This document shows, in pieces, positions 26,375-35,038 of a stretch of 64,000 nt of DNA (position 1 is its first letter; each line of letters starts with the position of its first letter). The DNA comes from Candidatus Woesearchaeota archaeon. GTDB taxonomy: Archaea; Nanobdellota; Nanobdellia; Woesearchaeales; ARS49. The DNA lies in NCBI GenBank assembly GCA_017609645.1, contig JAFCDQ010000003.1:148846-212845 (forward strand), in the 5' to 3' direction. The notes under the pieces were generated by a model. The model saw only the letters and a program-made list of their open reading frames with translations. It ran no database searches and was not told where the DNA came from. The translations under genes and the position numbers were made by a program.

Positions 26375-26923
26375 ATGCTTCCAAAAATAAAAGAGGACAT
26401 AATCTCAGTATTAAAAAAAGCAATTCCTGCTTTGAAAAAAGAGGATTTTACTGAATTAAGTGATTTAAGTAATAGAACTATTCATGATGCAAGTATTTTT
26501 CAAGATGCTGATTCAATCTCTTGTGCCGTTCTTATGTATTCTTTGTCAAAGTTTTGCCAGCAATGCAAAGAAAAAGATATCTCTCTTCCAAATTTTGCCG
26601 CACAATTAGAAAAAGCTTTAGATCTCTTAAAAAAAGATAATATTAAACTTTACGAAAATAAAATTAAAGAGATTTTCAAAGTTATGAAAAAATATGATGA
26701 AAAAGTTAATATTTATTTTGAAGAAGCAATCAAGCGTGCAAAAATCAAGAAAGCAAGCTGGATGCATGAACACGGCATTAGTATTGCAAGAACAGCTGAA
26801 CTTCTAGGAGTGAGCCAGTGGGATTTAAGAAATTATGTTGGAGTAACTAAAGTTCCTGACAAAAACTTAGGCGGTTTAACAGCAAAAAAGAGATTAGAAG
26901 TAGCGAGGGACTTATTCAAATGA
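26375..26923 (+). CDS. UPF0175 (COG2886)-type antitoxin-like protein with an N-terminal extension of about 110 aa
   Basis: The C-terminal ISIARTAELLGVSQWDLRNYVGVTKVP matches the UPF0175 helix-turn-helix signature. Its stop overlaps the start of the downstream PIN gene (ATGA). Confidence 0.5.
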   Translation: MLPKIKEDIISVLKKAIPALKKEDFTELSDLSNRTIHDASIFQDADSISCAVLMYSLSKFCQQCKEKDISLPNFAAQLEKALDLLKKDNIKLYENKIKEIFKVMKKYDEKVNIYFEEAIKRAKIKKASWMHEHGISIARTAELLGVSQWDLRNYVGVTKVPDKNLGGLTAKKRLEVARDLFK

Positions 26924-27609
26924 AAACTTTAGTTTTTGATACAGGACCAATAATCTCTTTAGCACTAACTAATTTGCTTTGGCTTTTGCCTGAATTAAAG
27001 AAAAAATTCAAAGGAAGATTCTTAATCCCTCTTTCTGTAAAAAAAGAACTTGTTGACAAACCTTTTCACGGGAAAAAATTCAAATTAGAAGCTATTCAAT
27101 TAATGCAGTTGATTGAAAATAAAGTCTTGGAAGTTATTGATGAGGATAAAGTTTCTAAAAGAGCTAAAGAATTAATTGAAGAAGCAAATAAGATTTTCAA
27201 AGGTTTTCATCATAATATTAACATAATTCAAGAAGGGGAGATGGAAGCCGTTGCTATGGCAGAATTATATAATGCAGATGGCATTGTTATTGATGAAAGA
27301 ATTACTAGAACTTTAATTGAACATCCTCCTGGTTTGCAAAAACACATGGAAAGAAAACTGCACACAAGACTTTCTGTAAACAAACAATTATTAGAAAAAC
27401 TCAGTGATCAATTAGATGATGTTTATATCATTAGAAGCACAGAACTTGCTGCAATTGCTTTTGAAAAAGGATTATTAAACAAATATATTATTCCAAGAAA
27501 AGTCACTAAAAGAGATGTGTTAGACGCCACATTATGGGCATTAAAGCTTAATGGCTGTTCTATCAGAAGCGACGAAATAAGAAAAATCAGTCAAGAAGTT
27601 GTTAAATGA
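26920..27609 (+). CDS. PIN-domain protein (COG2405-like putative toxin or nuclease)
   Basis: N-terminal LVFDTGPIISLALTNLLWLL carries the first PIN Asp; acidic residues recur in QEGEMEAVAMAELYNADGIVIDE. 229 aa, translationally coupled to the upstream UPF0175-like gene. Confidence 0.6.
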   Translation: MKTLVFDTGPIISLALTNLLWLLPELKKKFKGRFLIPLSVKKELVDKPFHGKKFKLEAIQLMQLIENKVLEVIDEDKVSKRAKELIEEANKIFKGFHHNINIIQEGEMEAVAMAELYNADGIVIDERITRTLIEHPPGLQKHMERKLHTRLSVNKQLLEKLSDQLDDVYIIRSTELAAIAFEKGLLNKYIIPRKVTKRDVLDATLWALKLNGCSIRSDEIRKISQEVVK

Positions 27610-27643
27610 TTATTTCCAATATTTTTTTATGAAATGAATTGAT

Positions 27644-29950
27644 TTATTTGGAATTAGAATCTTTTTTCTCTATTTTTTTTAAAGTTCTCTCTTTTCCAAG
27701 TTGAGCTAACATATCTTCAGATCCTATTTTTAGAGCTGTTTCATAAGAAGTAAGTGCTTCGTCTAATCTATCTACTCTTTGTAGAACATCTCCTCTAAGA
27801 ATATAAGGCAATGCATCATCAGGATATAACTCTATTGCTCTTTCATAAAACTTAAGTGCTTCTTCCAATTTTCCTGATCTTTCTAAAATACTTCCTTCCT
27901 TACAATAAGGAATTCTTGTTAGAATTTTGGTTTTGTAATCTTCATAATCATCACATTCAGTATTTTCATTTTCTTCTTTTTGTTGTTCTAGTTTTCTTTC
28001 AACTTTTCTTTTAAAAACTTCATAAAATTCTTTTTTCCTTGGCTTTAATTCAATTGCTTTATCATAATATTTATTTGCTTCTTCTAGCTTACCCAATTCT
28101 TCTAACGCCTCTCCTTTACTACAATAATAATGTGCTTTTTCTGGATCTAGGTCTATTGCTAAATCATACTGTTCAATGGCGTCTACTAGTTTACCTAATT
28201 TCCTCAATGCGTCTCCTTTACTACAATAATAATGTGCTTTTTCTGGATCTAGGTCTATTGCTAAATCATACTGTTCAATTGCATCTTTGAATTCTCCTAA
28301 TTCTTCTAAAGCCACTCCTTTTGTAAAATAAAAAAAAGAATCATTTGGTTCAATCTCAATTGCTTTATTATAAAATTCAATTGCTTTTTCAGGATTATCT
28401 TCTTCAATTTCTTGGCCTTTAAGCAAAAAAGAAAAAGCATCTTTTTCTCTCTCAATATTAGAACTTTCACCCCTCTTTTTGAAATCCAAATCTATTACCT
28501 CTTCAGAAACTTTTTGTTCTAATAAAGATGAGTCATCATTTTTTGTTAAAATATCTAAATTAATTAAAGCATCAATAAAATCATCTATCGTTTGATATCT
28601 ATCTTCAGGATAAAATTCTAATCCTTTTTCAATTACTTTTATTATTTTTCCATCAACTTTTGCTTTTTTCAGTGCATTGTAAATTCCCTGAGGACCTGGG
28701 CCTATATTTACTCCTAATGGTTTGCCTGTTAATAACTCATAAAATATTTTGTTTAAAGAAAAGATATCGCTTTTTTCTGTTGGTTTTTTTCCATTTAATT
28801 GTTCAGGAGACATATATAGAAGTGTCCCTTCAAATTCTTTGCTTTGCACAGTCATTATAGACTTTAATGTTTCTGGATTTGACAAAATTTTAGCAAGGCC
28901 AAAATCACAAACCTTAACTTCTAAGTCATCATTTACAAGAATGTTTTCCGGCTTTATATCTGCATGAACAACCCCTTTAGAATGCGCATAAGACAATGCA
29001 TTAGCGACTTGACTTATGATTTTTATTGTTTTTTCTTGGGTAAAATCATTTATCTTTTCTCTTAAATTTGTTGAATTCTCAAAATATTCCATCAATAAGT
29101 ATGGAAATCCCTCTCTTTGAACATGTTCAACAAGAAGTATATTCTCATGCGTTCCTAAACATTTATGCGCCTCAGCTTCTTTAAGAAGTTCGTAACTAGC
29201 ATTAGGTTTTGGGAACTTCATAGTTTTTAAGATATTAGTTTCAGTTTTGACTTTCCAAACAACACCAAAACCCCCTTCACCAATTTTCTCTTCTAAGGTA
29301 TAACCATCAATAATTTGTCCAGAGCTTAAATTTAAAGCTCTTCTTGAGCTTCTTTTAGTTTTAGAAGAAGCAATAAGTTCTATAACATTCAGTTTGCTTT
29401 CTTTTTCAACACTTTCAATATACTTCTTAGCCCAGTTTTCTATTTCTTTAGGAGCTCTCTTAGAGGTTCGTAATTCTGCTTGTAAATTTAATTTAAGTTC
29501 TTCTGTTAATTTATCAAGATTATCAAAAGAATATTTAATCCATCTCTGATTACGCAGATCGGTTGCTTTTTTTAAAGCCTCATCTAAGTCTTGTGAAATA
29601 AACAATATTGGTTTTTTTTGACCAATTAAGAAACCTGTTTCAAGCATCACATTTTCATTTATTTTTTGGCCTTCTTTTTTACTTAAACTCATATCAGAAA
29701 TTCCCATAGTGGCGTACTCTGCAGCAAGTTGGATATCTTCCCAGATAGAACCTTCCCCTAATAAACGCGTAGCACTAAGCACATTTATGCTATATTCCCC
29801 TAAATTTAAACTAGCGTCTTCAATTGCTTTTAGAATTTCTTCAAAATCCTCATTATATTCCTGAGCTACAAATATATAAGGTATTTCTAGCTGAATTTTT
29901 TCTTCTAGTTTAAGTAAATCAAAATACTTCTGTCGAACAACGTTTCCCAT
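27644..29950 (-). CDS. Multidomain signalling protein: N-terminal TIR-like / nucleoside 2-deoxyribosyltransferase-like domain, Hanks-type Ser/Thr protein kinase, C-terminal TPR repeats
   Basis: Kinase motifs GEGGFGVVWKV, HADIKPENILV and DFGLAK. The N-terminus has NENVMLETGFLIGQKKPILFI, which resembles the NDT/COG4271 TIR-like motif. The C-terminus has 34-aa TPR units (AIEQYDLAIDLDPEKAHYYCSKG...). Confidence 0.85.
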   Translation of the reverse strand: MGNVVRQKYFDLLKLEEKIQLEIPYIFVAQEYNEDFEEILKAIEDASLNLGEYSINVLSATRLLGEGSIWEDIQLAAEYATMGISDMSLSKKEGQKINENVMLETGFLIGQKKPILFISQDLDEALKKATDLRNQRWIKYSFDNLDKLTEELKLNLQAELRTSKRAPKEIENWAKKYIESVEKESKLNVIELIASSKTKRSSRRALNLSSGQIIDGYTLEEKIGEGGFGVVWKVKTETNILKTMKFPKPNASYELLKEAEAHKCLGTHENILLVEHVQREGFPYLLMEYFENSTNLREKINDFTQEKTIKIISQVANALSYAHSKGVVHADIKPENILVNDDLEVKVCDFGLAKILSNPETLKSIMTVQSKEFEGTLLYMSPEQLNGKKPTEKSDIFSLNKIFYELLTGKPLGVNIGPGPQGIYNALKKAKVDGKIIKVIEKGLEFYPEDRYQTIDDFIDALINLDILTKNDDSSLLEQKVSEEVIDLDFKKRGESSNIEREKDAFSFLLKGQEIEEDNPEKAIEFYNKAIEIEPNDSFFYFTKGVALEELGEFKDAIEQYDLAIDLDPEKAHYYCSKGDALRKLGKLVDAIEQYDLAIDLDPEKAHYYCSKGEALEELGKLEEANKYYDKAIELKPRKKEFYEVFKRKVERKLEQQKEENENTECDDYEDYKTKILTRIPYCKEGSILERSGKLEEALKFYERAIELYPDDALPYILRGDVLQRVDRLDEALTSYETALKIGSEDMLAQLGKERTLKKIEKKDSNSK
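28101..28269 (-). repeat. Identical 67-nt segment repeated at 102-nt (one TPR unit) spacing inside the kinase gene
   Basis: 28101-28167 equals 28203-28269 exactly; both encode TPR units, which suggests recent unit duplication or gene conversion. Confidence 0.8.
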
Positions 29951-30002
29951 CTTCAGTCCCTACTCTCTAGTAATCATTTAAAAACCTTTCGTCAGAAAAA
30001 GA

Positions 30003-30698
30003 TCATTTTTTCTTATAACCAATACTCTTTACCTTAATCTTCCCAGGAAACCATTTCAATAATAAATCAATATATTCTTCATGAGGTATTGAATTTGCAT
30101 TTGCTGCTTCATTCAAAAAAGATTGTAAATAACTTTGATAAGGTTTTAATAATTTCTCAACATTGTCGTTAGAATAAACTTTTTCTTTAGCAATAACAAT
30201 ACTCCCGTCTGTTGCTATGAACATAATGCCTTCATCTTCAGCCCATTCACAATCTTCTTCAAGTTCTAATGATAATATTCCTTTTTTCTCTATGCGAGGA
30301 TAAGCTGGAAAGAATAGGGGCTCAGCTTTTAATTGTTGAAGTGATAGTATTGTTGTTTCATTGTCAAATAATTGGCTTCCTGAAAATACTTGGTCTATTA
30401 TATTGCTTCCTTTGTCTTCTGACTCTATATCTACAACATCTAATTCTTCAGCATCAAGAACTTCTCTGCAGACTTTTGTATTCTCAAATGCAACCAGGAA
30501 ATTTTGTTCAAAATATTTGTTCAAAAGTATCATTCTTAAGAAGGGCAATACTCTTGCTTCTAAAAGAAACTTCTGAAAACTGTTAAAATTTACAAAAGGA
30601 AATAAATTAATCTCTTTTAATCTATTTAGATTTACTTCATACCCAAAGTTTTTTGACATTAATTGCTTGATTGTTTCCATGATGAAGGTTTTCTGCAC
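30003..30698 (-). CDS. Hypothetical protein (231 aa, acidic)
   Basis: Long ORF with no recognisable motifs; the likely start is the Met at 30680. Confidence 0.45.
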   Translation of the reverse strand: MQKTFIMETIKQLMSKNFGYEVNLNRLKEINLFPFVNFNSFQKFLLEARVLPFLRMILLNKYFEQNFLVAFENTKVCREVLDAEELDVVDIESEDKGSNIIDQVFSGSQLFDNETTILSLQQLKAEPLFFPAYPRIEKKGILSLELEEDCEWAEDEGIMFIATDGSIVIAKEKVYSNDNVEKLLKPYQSYLQSFLNEAANANSIPHEEYIDLLLKWFPGKIKVKSIGYKKK

Positions 30699-30773
30699 TA
30701 TTCATTTATAAGTTTTATGCTGTTTTGTTAACCAAACATTTAAATATGTATTTCTTATATTTTTCTTAAAAAG

Positions 30774-31316
30774 GTGATGCTCATGAAAGATAAAGAATAT
30801 GAATTAGTTCCTGAAGATGAATTAGAAAAGCTTAGAGCAGAAGTCAAGGAACTGAAAGAATTTGAAATTACTCCAACTAAGAAGATGGAGGTTTCTATAT
30901 TAGAATTAAACAGGAAATTAGACAAATTATTAGATGTTTTTGAGAGAGCTTCCAGAGATTTAAGAAAAGAAGAAGGCGGTTTGACCTTCACAGATAAGAT
31001 GAAGCCTATTTCAGAAAAGCTAAATAAAATTTTAGAACAAAATGCTGAATTAGCTTCAGGTATTCTTGCTTTGGCTGATATGATTAAACCAGAAAGAAAA
31101 CTTCCTCAGATGCCAGGTCAATTGCCTAGGCAGCCTCATGCACCCCCTAGAATTCCTCCTCAAGGAAGGATTGAACATAAAGAAGGTTTTCCTCAGCCAC
31201 CTAGTGGTGTTCATATAAGAACTCCTATACCTCCAAGTCAAGGTTTGCCTCAAAAAGCTCCTTTACCTCCTCCTAGCAATTTGCCTCCTCCTAAGAAGAG
31301 GACTTTTGGCTTGTAA
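30774..31316 (+). CDS. Hypothetical protein with an N-terminal coiled coil and a C-terminal proline-rich low-complexity tail
   Basis: LEKLRAEVKELKEF... followed by PQMPGQLPRQPHAPPRIPPQG...PLPPPSNLPPPKK. Confidence 0.5.
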   Translation: MMLMKDKEYELVPEDELEKLRAEVKELKEFEITPTKKMEVSILELNRKLDKLLDVFERASRDLRKEEGGLTFTDKMKPISEKLNKILEQNAELASGILALADMIKPERKLPQMPGQLPRQPHAPPRIPPQGRIEHKEGFPQPPSGVHIRTPIPPSQGLPQKAPLPPPSNLPPPKKRTFGL

Positions 31317-31545
31317 AATGACTTTTGATGTTAGTAAAGCCAGAATTCTGTTAAAATATTTAGCTAGAGCTTATTCTACAACTCCTGATCATAAACAAAG
31401 GAGTGTTAGAAATGATTTAGTTAGAGATTTCTTAAATATTAAGAGATTGTTAACTCAAGCAAGAAGAGAAGGTGTTGAGCCTGATAGAATTCTTCCTTTA
31501 ATTGAACGCGCTGAAAAAATTAAAAAAAAAATAAAAGAATTTTAG
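31306..31545 (+). CDS. Small hypothetical protein (79 aa)
   Basis: ORF translationally coupled to the upstream gene; no known motifs. Confidence 0.4.
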   Translation: MACKMTFDVSKARILLKYLARAYSTTPDHKQRSVRNDLVRDFLNIKRLLTQARREGVEPDRILPLIERAEKIKKKIKEF

Positions 31546-31706
31546 AGGTCTTTTCCCATTACAGTTCTTCTGTTGTTTGCTCCTGCTCTTTCACATGCAG
31601 CTTTAACAAGCTCTTGCACTTTCTTATCTAGTGCTTCTGCAAAGTCTCCTGCAACATTTAAATCCCCAACAGCTTCTTTTATCTTTGCTTTTACTACTAA
31701 AGACAT
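31542..31706 (-). CDS. Small (54 aa) histone-fold-like protein of the DUF1931 type; absent from the ORF track because it is shorter than 60 aa
   Basis: I translated it by hand as MSLVVKAKIKEAVGDLNVAGDFAEALDKKVQELVKAACERAGANNRRTVMGKDL with no internal stops. A perfect Shine-Dalgarno AGGAGGTG (31713-31720 on +) lies 6 nt upstream of the ATG. The protein resembles the DUF1931/histone-fold pattern (ALD..V.EL...A..RA...GRKTV...DL). Confidence 0.55.
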   Translation of the reverse strand: MSLVVKAKIKEAVGDLNVAGDFAEALDKKVQELVKAACERAGANNRRTVMGKDL

Positions 31707-31776
31707 TCTATACACCTCCTTACCTATAACCTCAGCAAAGCTCGTCTAGTATTAAAATCTTTGCTTTTCAACAAGT

Positions 31777-33486
31777 CTAACGATGCGCATACCAGAATTC
31801 ATAAATATTGTTCTTAATACTATTTAACTTACAAAAGCCAAAGCGTTCAAACTGAATGATATCATTAACTTTAAGCGTCTTAACAGATTCTTCTGCAACG
31901 CCTTTCTTCAAAGTACCGTCTGGCATTAAAACTTCTACCTTAACAGTTTTTTCTTTACTTGGCAGCCAGTGTATAATCGCAGAACCATTTTGTTTATACT
32001 TTTCGTACTCTTCAGAATCAAATATATACTTTGTTCCTTTCTTTTTGAAGTTTATACAATCCATCAACCTAACTATATTATTGTTCTGAATATTTTTTTT
32101 GTCTTGTTTTGTAATGTAAATACTGCTATCAAACTTGAATTTTCTTTTTCCTCGTTTAGGATAATCAGGATGAAGCTTAATTTCAACAGCTTTTTTAGGT
32201 GCTTTGTCTATATTTACTTTAACAGGATCCCAGATAAAGAAGTATCTGTTTGCTTTTTTGTCTATTATATCTCTATTATGAGCATTTAACAGCTTAAAGA
32301 ATTCATCTAGTGTTACTGTTTTGTCTGTTAGTGTTAAACCCATATCTATTGCAAATTTGACAAATGCTTTTGGCTGATAACCTCTTTTCTTTAATGCTCT
32401 AATTGTCTGCAGCCTTATATCATCCCATCCAGTAAACTCACCGTATTCTATTCTTTTTTTTGTTTCTGTTGTGCTTAATTTAATTCCTTTGAAATTGATT
32501 CTGCCAAAATAAAGGTCTATTGGTGGTTTCCATTTGAAGAATTCACATACTTGTGCTTGTTTTCTTGCATTATCCATATGATCCTTGCCTCGTATTGCAT
32601 GAGTTACTTTGAGATCATGATCATCACATACAACTGCAAAGTTCATTAATGGCCACATCCTATATTTAGTACCTTGTTTAGGATGTTTTTCTAAATTCAC
32701 TCTAAACGCAGACCAATCTCTTAAAGCAGGATTTTTATGATTAATATCTGTTTTTATTCTTACAACAGCATCTCCTGGCTTGTAATCTAAGAACATTTTG
32801 TCCCATCTTGTGTGTTGTTCCTTGATTGACAGCTTTCTACATGGACATTCTTTCTTTTTTGTGATTAATTCTCTGAATTTGTCAGGATTGCACGTGCAAA
32901 CATATGCTTTGCCTTTCGCAAATAGTTTTTCCCCATAATCATAATAATCTTTTAATCTGTCACTTTGGCAAACAACTTGTGAGACATTTTTTTCTGTCAG
33001 CCATTTTGCATCTTCATCAATCAATTTATAAGATTGTGGATAAATATTTTCAGGATTAGTATCATCTATTCTTAGGATTAGTTTTCCTTTGTATTTTTTT
33101 GCATATTCTGAATTAATAGATAGTACAAATGCATGTCCTATGTGTAATGGTCCTGATGGGCTAGGAGCCATTCTTAACACAACTTTGCCTGGTTTTACAT
33201 CCTTCAACTCTTTTAACTCTTTTTTCTCAACAATTTTCTTTTCTTCTAATAATTCAGGTGCCATGTCTTTTAATCTTTCAAGTTGCTGATTCATTGGCAT
33301 TCCATTTACTTCTGCTATTATTGATTGTATTTTTGGAGAAATAGTTTTGAGTTTTGTCTTGATGTCAGGCATTTCATTCAACAATTTGCCTATTACAGCT
33401 CCTGGATTGGCTTTTCCATCAAATCTGCGAGCATTATCTAAAGCCCATTTCCATATTATCTTGTCAATATCCTCTTTTTTAGCCAT
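31777..33486 (-). CDS. gltX: Glutamyl-tRNA synthetase (archaeal/eukaryotic GlxRS type)
   Basis: Class I HIGH motif (SPSGPLHIGHA) and 569 aa, typical of archaeal GluRS. Confidence 0.9.
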   Translation of the reverse strand: MAKKEDIDKIIWKWALDNARRFDGKANPGAVIGKLLNEMPDIKTKLKTISPKIQSIIAEVNGMPMNQQLERLKDMAPELLEEKKIVEKKELKELKDVKPGKVVLRMAPSPSGPLHIGHAFVLSINSEYAKKYKGKLILRIDDTNPENIYPQSYKLIDEDAKWLTEKNVSQVVCQSDRLKDYYDYGEKLFAKGKAYVCTCNPDKFRELITKKKECPCRKLSIKEQHTRWDKMFLDYKPGDAVVRIKTDINHKNPALRDWSAFRVNLEKHPKQGTKYRMWPLMNFAVVCDDHDLKVTHAIRGKDHMDNARKQAQVCEFFKWKPPIDLYFGRINFKGIKLSTTETKKRIEYGEFTGWDDIRLQTIRALKKRGYQPKAFVKFAIDMGLTLTDKTVTLDEFFKLLNAHNRDIIDKKANRYFFIWDPVKVNIDKAPKKAVEIKLHPDYPKRGKRKFKFDSSIYITKQDKKNIQNNNIVRLMDCINFKKKGTKYIFDSEEYEKYKQNGSAIIHWLPSKEKTVKVEVLMPDGTLKKGVAEESVKTLKVNDIIQFERFGFCKLNSIKNNIYEFWYAHR

Positions 33487-33515
33487 AAAATAAGTATAAA
33501 TAGCAGGGGTTTAAA

Positions 33516-34244
33516 TTATTTTCTTAATCTATGTATCATAAAAAAAGGATTCTTTTCCATTGCTTCTCTAAAAGCAGCATCTACTGGTTGTTGTGCTCCG
33601 CCTCCTGCAACTATTATCGGCACTTCTTCAAATTCAAATCCTGCTTTTCTAAATGCTTCTTCATATGTTTGTTTTTCCCAATAATAACTTGTGAATTCAC
33701 AGAATTTTTTTGTAAAGTCTACACTGCATAATTCTATCGTAACTTTTGCTCCTTCTTCTTCACTTTCAGCAGTTGCTCTTACTCCATATTGTTCATAATT
33801 AGTATTATTACTCATTATGTTCAAATAAATCCCGCCTGGCTTTAACACACTAAAGATATTGTTTAACATTTTGTCAATTTCTTTTTTTGTTTTAGAATAA
33901 TGTAATAACATCATTGCTGTCACCATGTCAAATTCTCCATGGTAAGTTAAATCATCATTTATCACGTCAGCAACAAAATAATCTATTCCTCTTTGTGTTT
34001 CTTTTTCTATTGCCATTTCTATTTGCTCGTCAGAAATATCTACTCCAACAATTCTGTTTGCGCCGTATCGTTTTACTAATCTTGTTGAATAGCCGCTTCC
34101 GCAAGCCACATCAAGAACATCTAATCCTTTTATATCTCCTAATGCACTTACAAAAGAAGGTATTAATACATATTTAGAAGTAGGTCTTTCCTTAGACTCT
34201 TCATAAGCTTGTTTTATTTCGTTGTATTCATCTCTTGTTGTCAT
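33516..34244 (-). CDS. Class I SAM-dependent methyltransferase
   Basis: Motif I VLDVACGSGYST; 242 aa. Confidence 0.8.
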   Translation of the reverse strand: MTTRDEYNEIKQAYEESKERPTSKYVLIPSFVSALGDIKGLDVLDVACGSGYSTRLVKRYGANRIVGVDISDEQIEMAIEKETQRGIDYFVADVINDDLTYHGEFDMVTAMMLLHYSKTKKEIDKMLNNIFSVLKPGGIYLNIMSNNTNYEQYGVRATAESEEEGAKVTIELCSVDFTKKFCEFTSYYWEKQTYEEAFRKAGFEFEEVPIIVAGGGAQQPVDAAFREAMEKNPFFMIHRLRK

Positions 34245-34279
34245 TTTTTTAAGAATCAGGCGCGCATTTATATTATTTT

Positions 34280-34981
34280 CTAATATCGTCCGCCTAGATA
34301 AACATTTTTTATTTTCTTGTGTTTTAGAATTTCTTTTCCGCCTTTTAATGCCACTTTACCGTCTTCTAACAAGTAAGTTTTGTCTGCTATCTCTACTGCT
34401 TTTTTTGCATTCTGTTCTACTATTAATATTGCTAAGCCTTCTTTTCTTAAATTTTTAATCATTTTGAAAACTTCTGTAACTAATTTTGGGCTTAATCCTA
34501 AAGATGGCTCGTCTAATAGCAATAGTTTTGGTTCTTGCATCAGCGCTCTTCCTAATGCTAGCATTTGTTGTTGTCCTCCACTTAAAGAAAAAGCATGTTT
34601 TTTCTGTTTTCTTTTTAATTCTGGAAATTTATCAAAAACTTTTTTCATATTTTCAGATAGTTTGTGATTAGTTAATCTTCCACCTAATTCTAAGTTTTCT
34701 TTTACTGTTAAATTTGAGAAATTGATTTTTCCTTGAGGAACATAGCTTATTCCTTTTTTGATTAATTCATGTGTTGGTAATTTTGTTATTTTTTCCCCTT
34801 CAAAATTTATTTTTCCAGAATAAATATCACATAAGTTAAAGACACTTTTTAATACAGTACTTTTTCCTGCTCCATTAGGCCCTATTAACGCAACTATTTC
34901 TCCTGCTTTGACTTCAATATCTATCCCTTGCAGTACTTTTAATTTCCCATATCCTGAGTCAAGTTTCTCTATCTTTAGCAT
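34280..34981 (-). CDS. livF: Branched-chain amino acid ABC transporter ATP-binding protein (LivF-like)
   Basis: Walker A GPNGAGKST, ABC signature LSGGQQQ and Walker B LLLLDEP. Confidence 0.85.
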   Translation of the reverse strand: MLKIEKLDSGYGKLKVLQGIDIEVKAGEIVALIGPNGAGKSTVLKSVFNLCDIYSGKINFEGEKITKLPTHELIKKGISYVPQGKINFSNLTVKENLELGGRLTNHKLSENMKKVFDKFPELKRKQKKHAFSLSGGQQQMLALGRALMQEPKLLLLDEPSLGLSPKLVTEVFKMIKNLRKEGLAILIVEQNAKKAVEIADKTYLLEDGKVALKGGKEILKHKKIKNVYLGGRY

Positions 34982-35038
34982 TTACTTTAATAGGATTAGA
35001 TTGTTTTTAAAATTTTGCATATCAAAAAAAGAAGAAAT

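Noticed and set aside
28039-28290. Tandem repeats in 28.0-28.3 kb and 21.27-21.41 kb as a CRISPR array or minisatellite
   Set aside because: Both repeat sets lie inside long ORFs and correspond to protein repeats (TPR units and the S6e KPE tail). There are no spacer-like unique segments and no cas genes nearby.
30755-30991. Minus-strand ORF 30755..30991 (78 aa)
   Set aside because: It overlaps the plus-strand ORF 30774..31316 almost completely. That ORF has a coherent coiled-coil plus Pro-rich architecture, whereas the minus ORF is S/N-rich low complexity.
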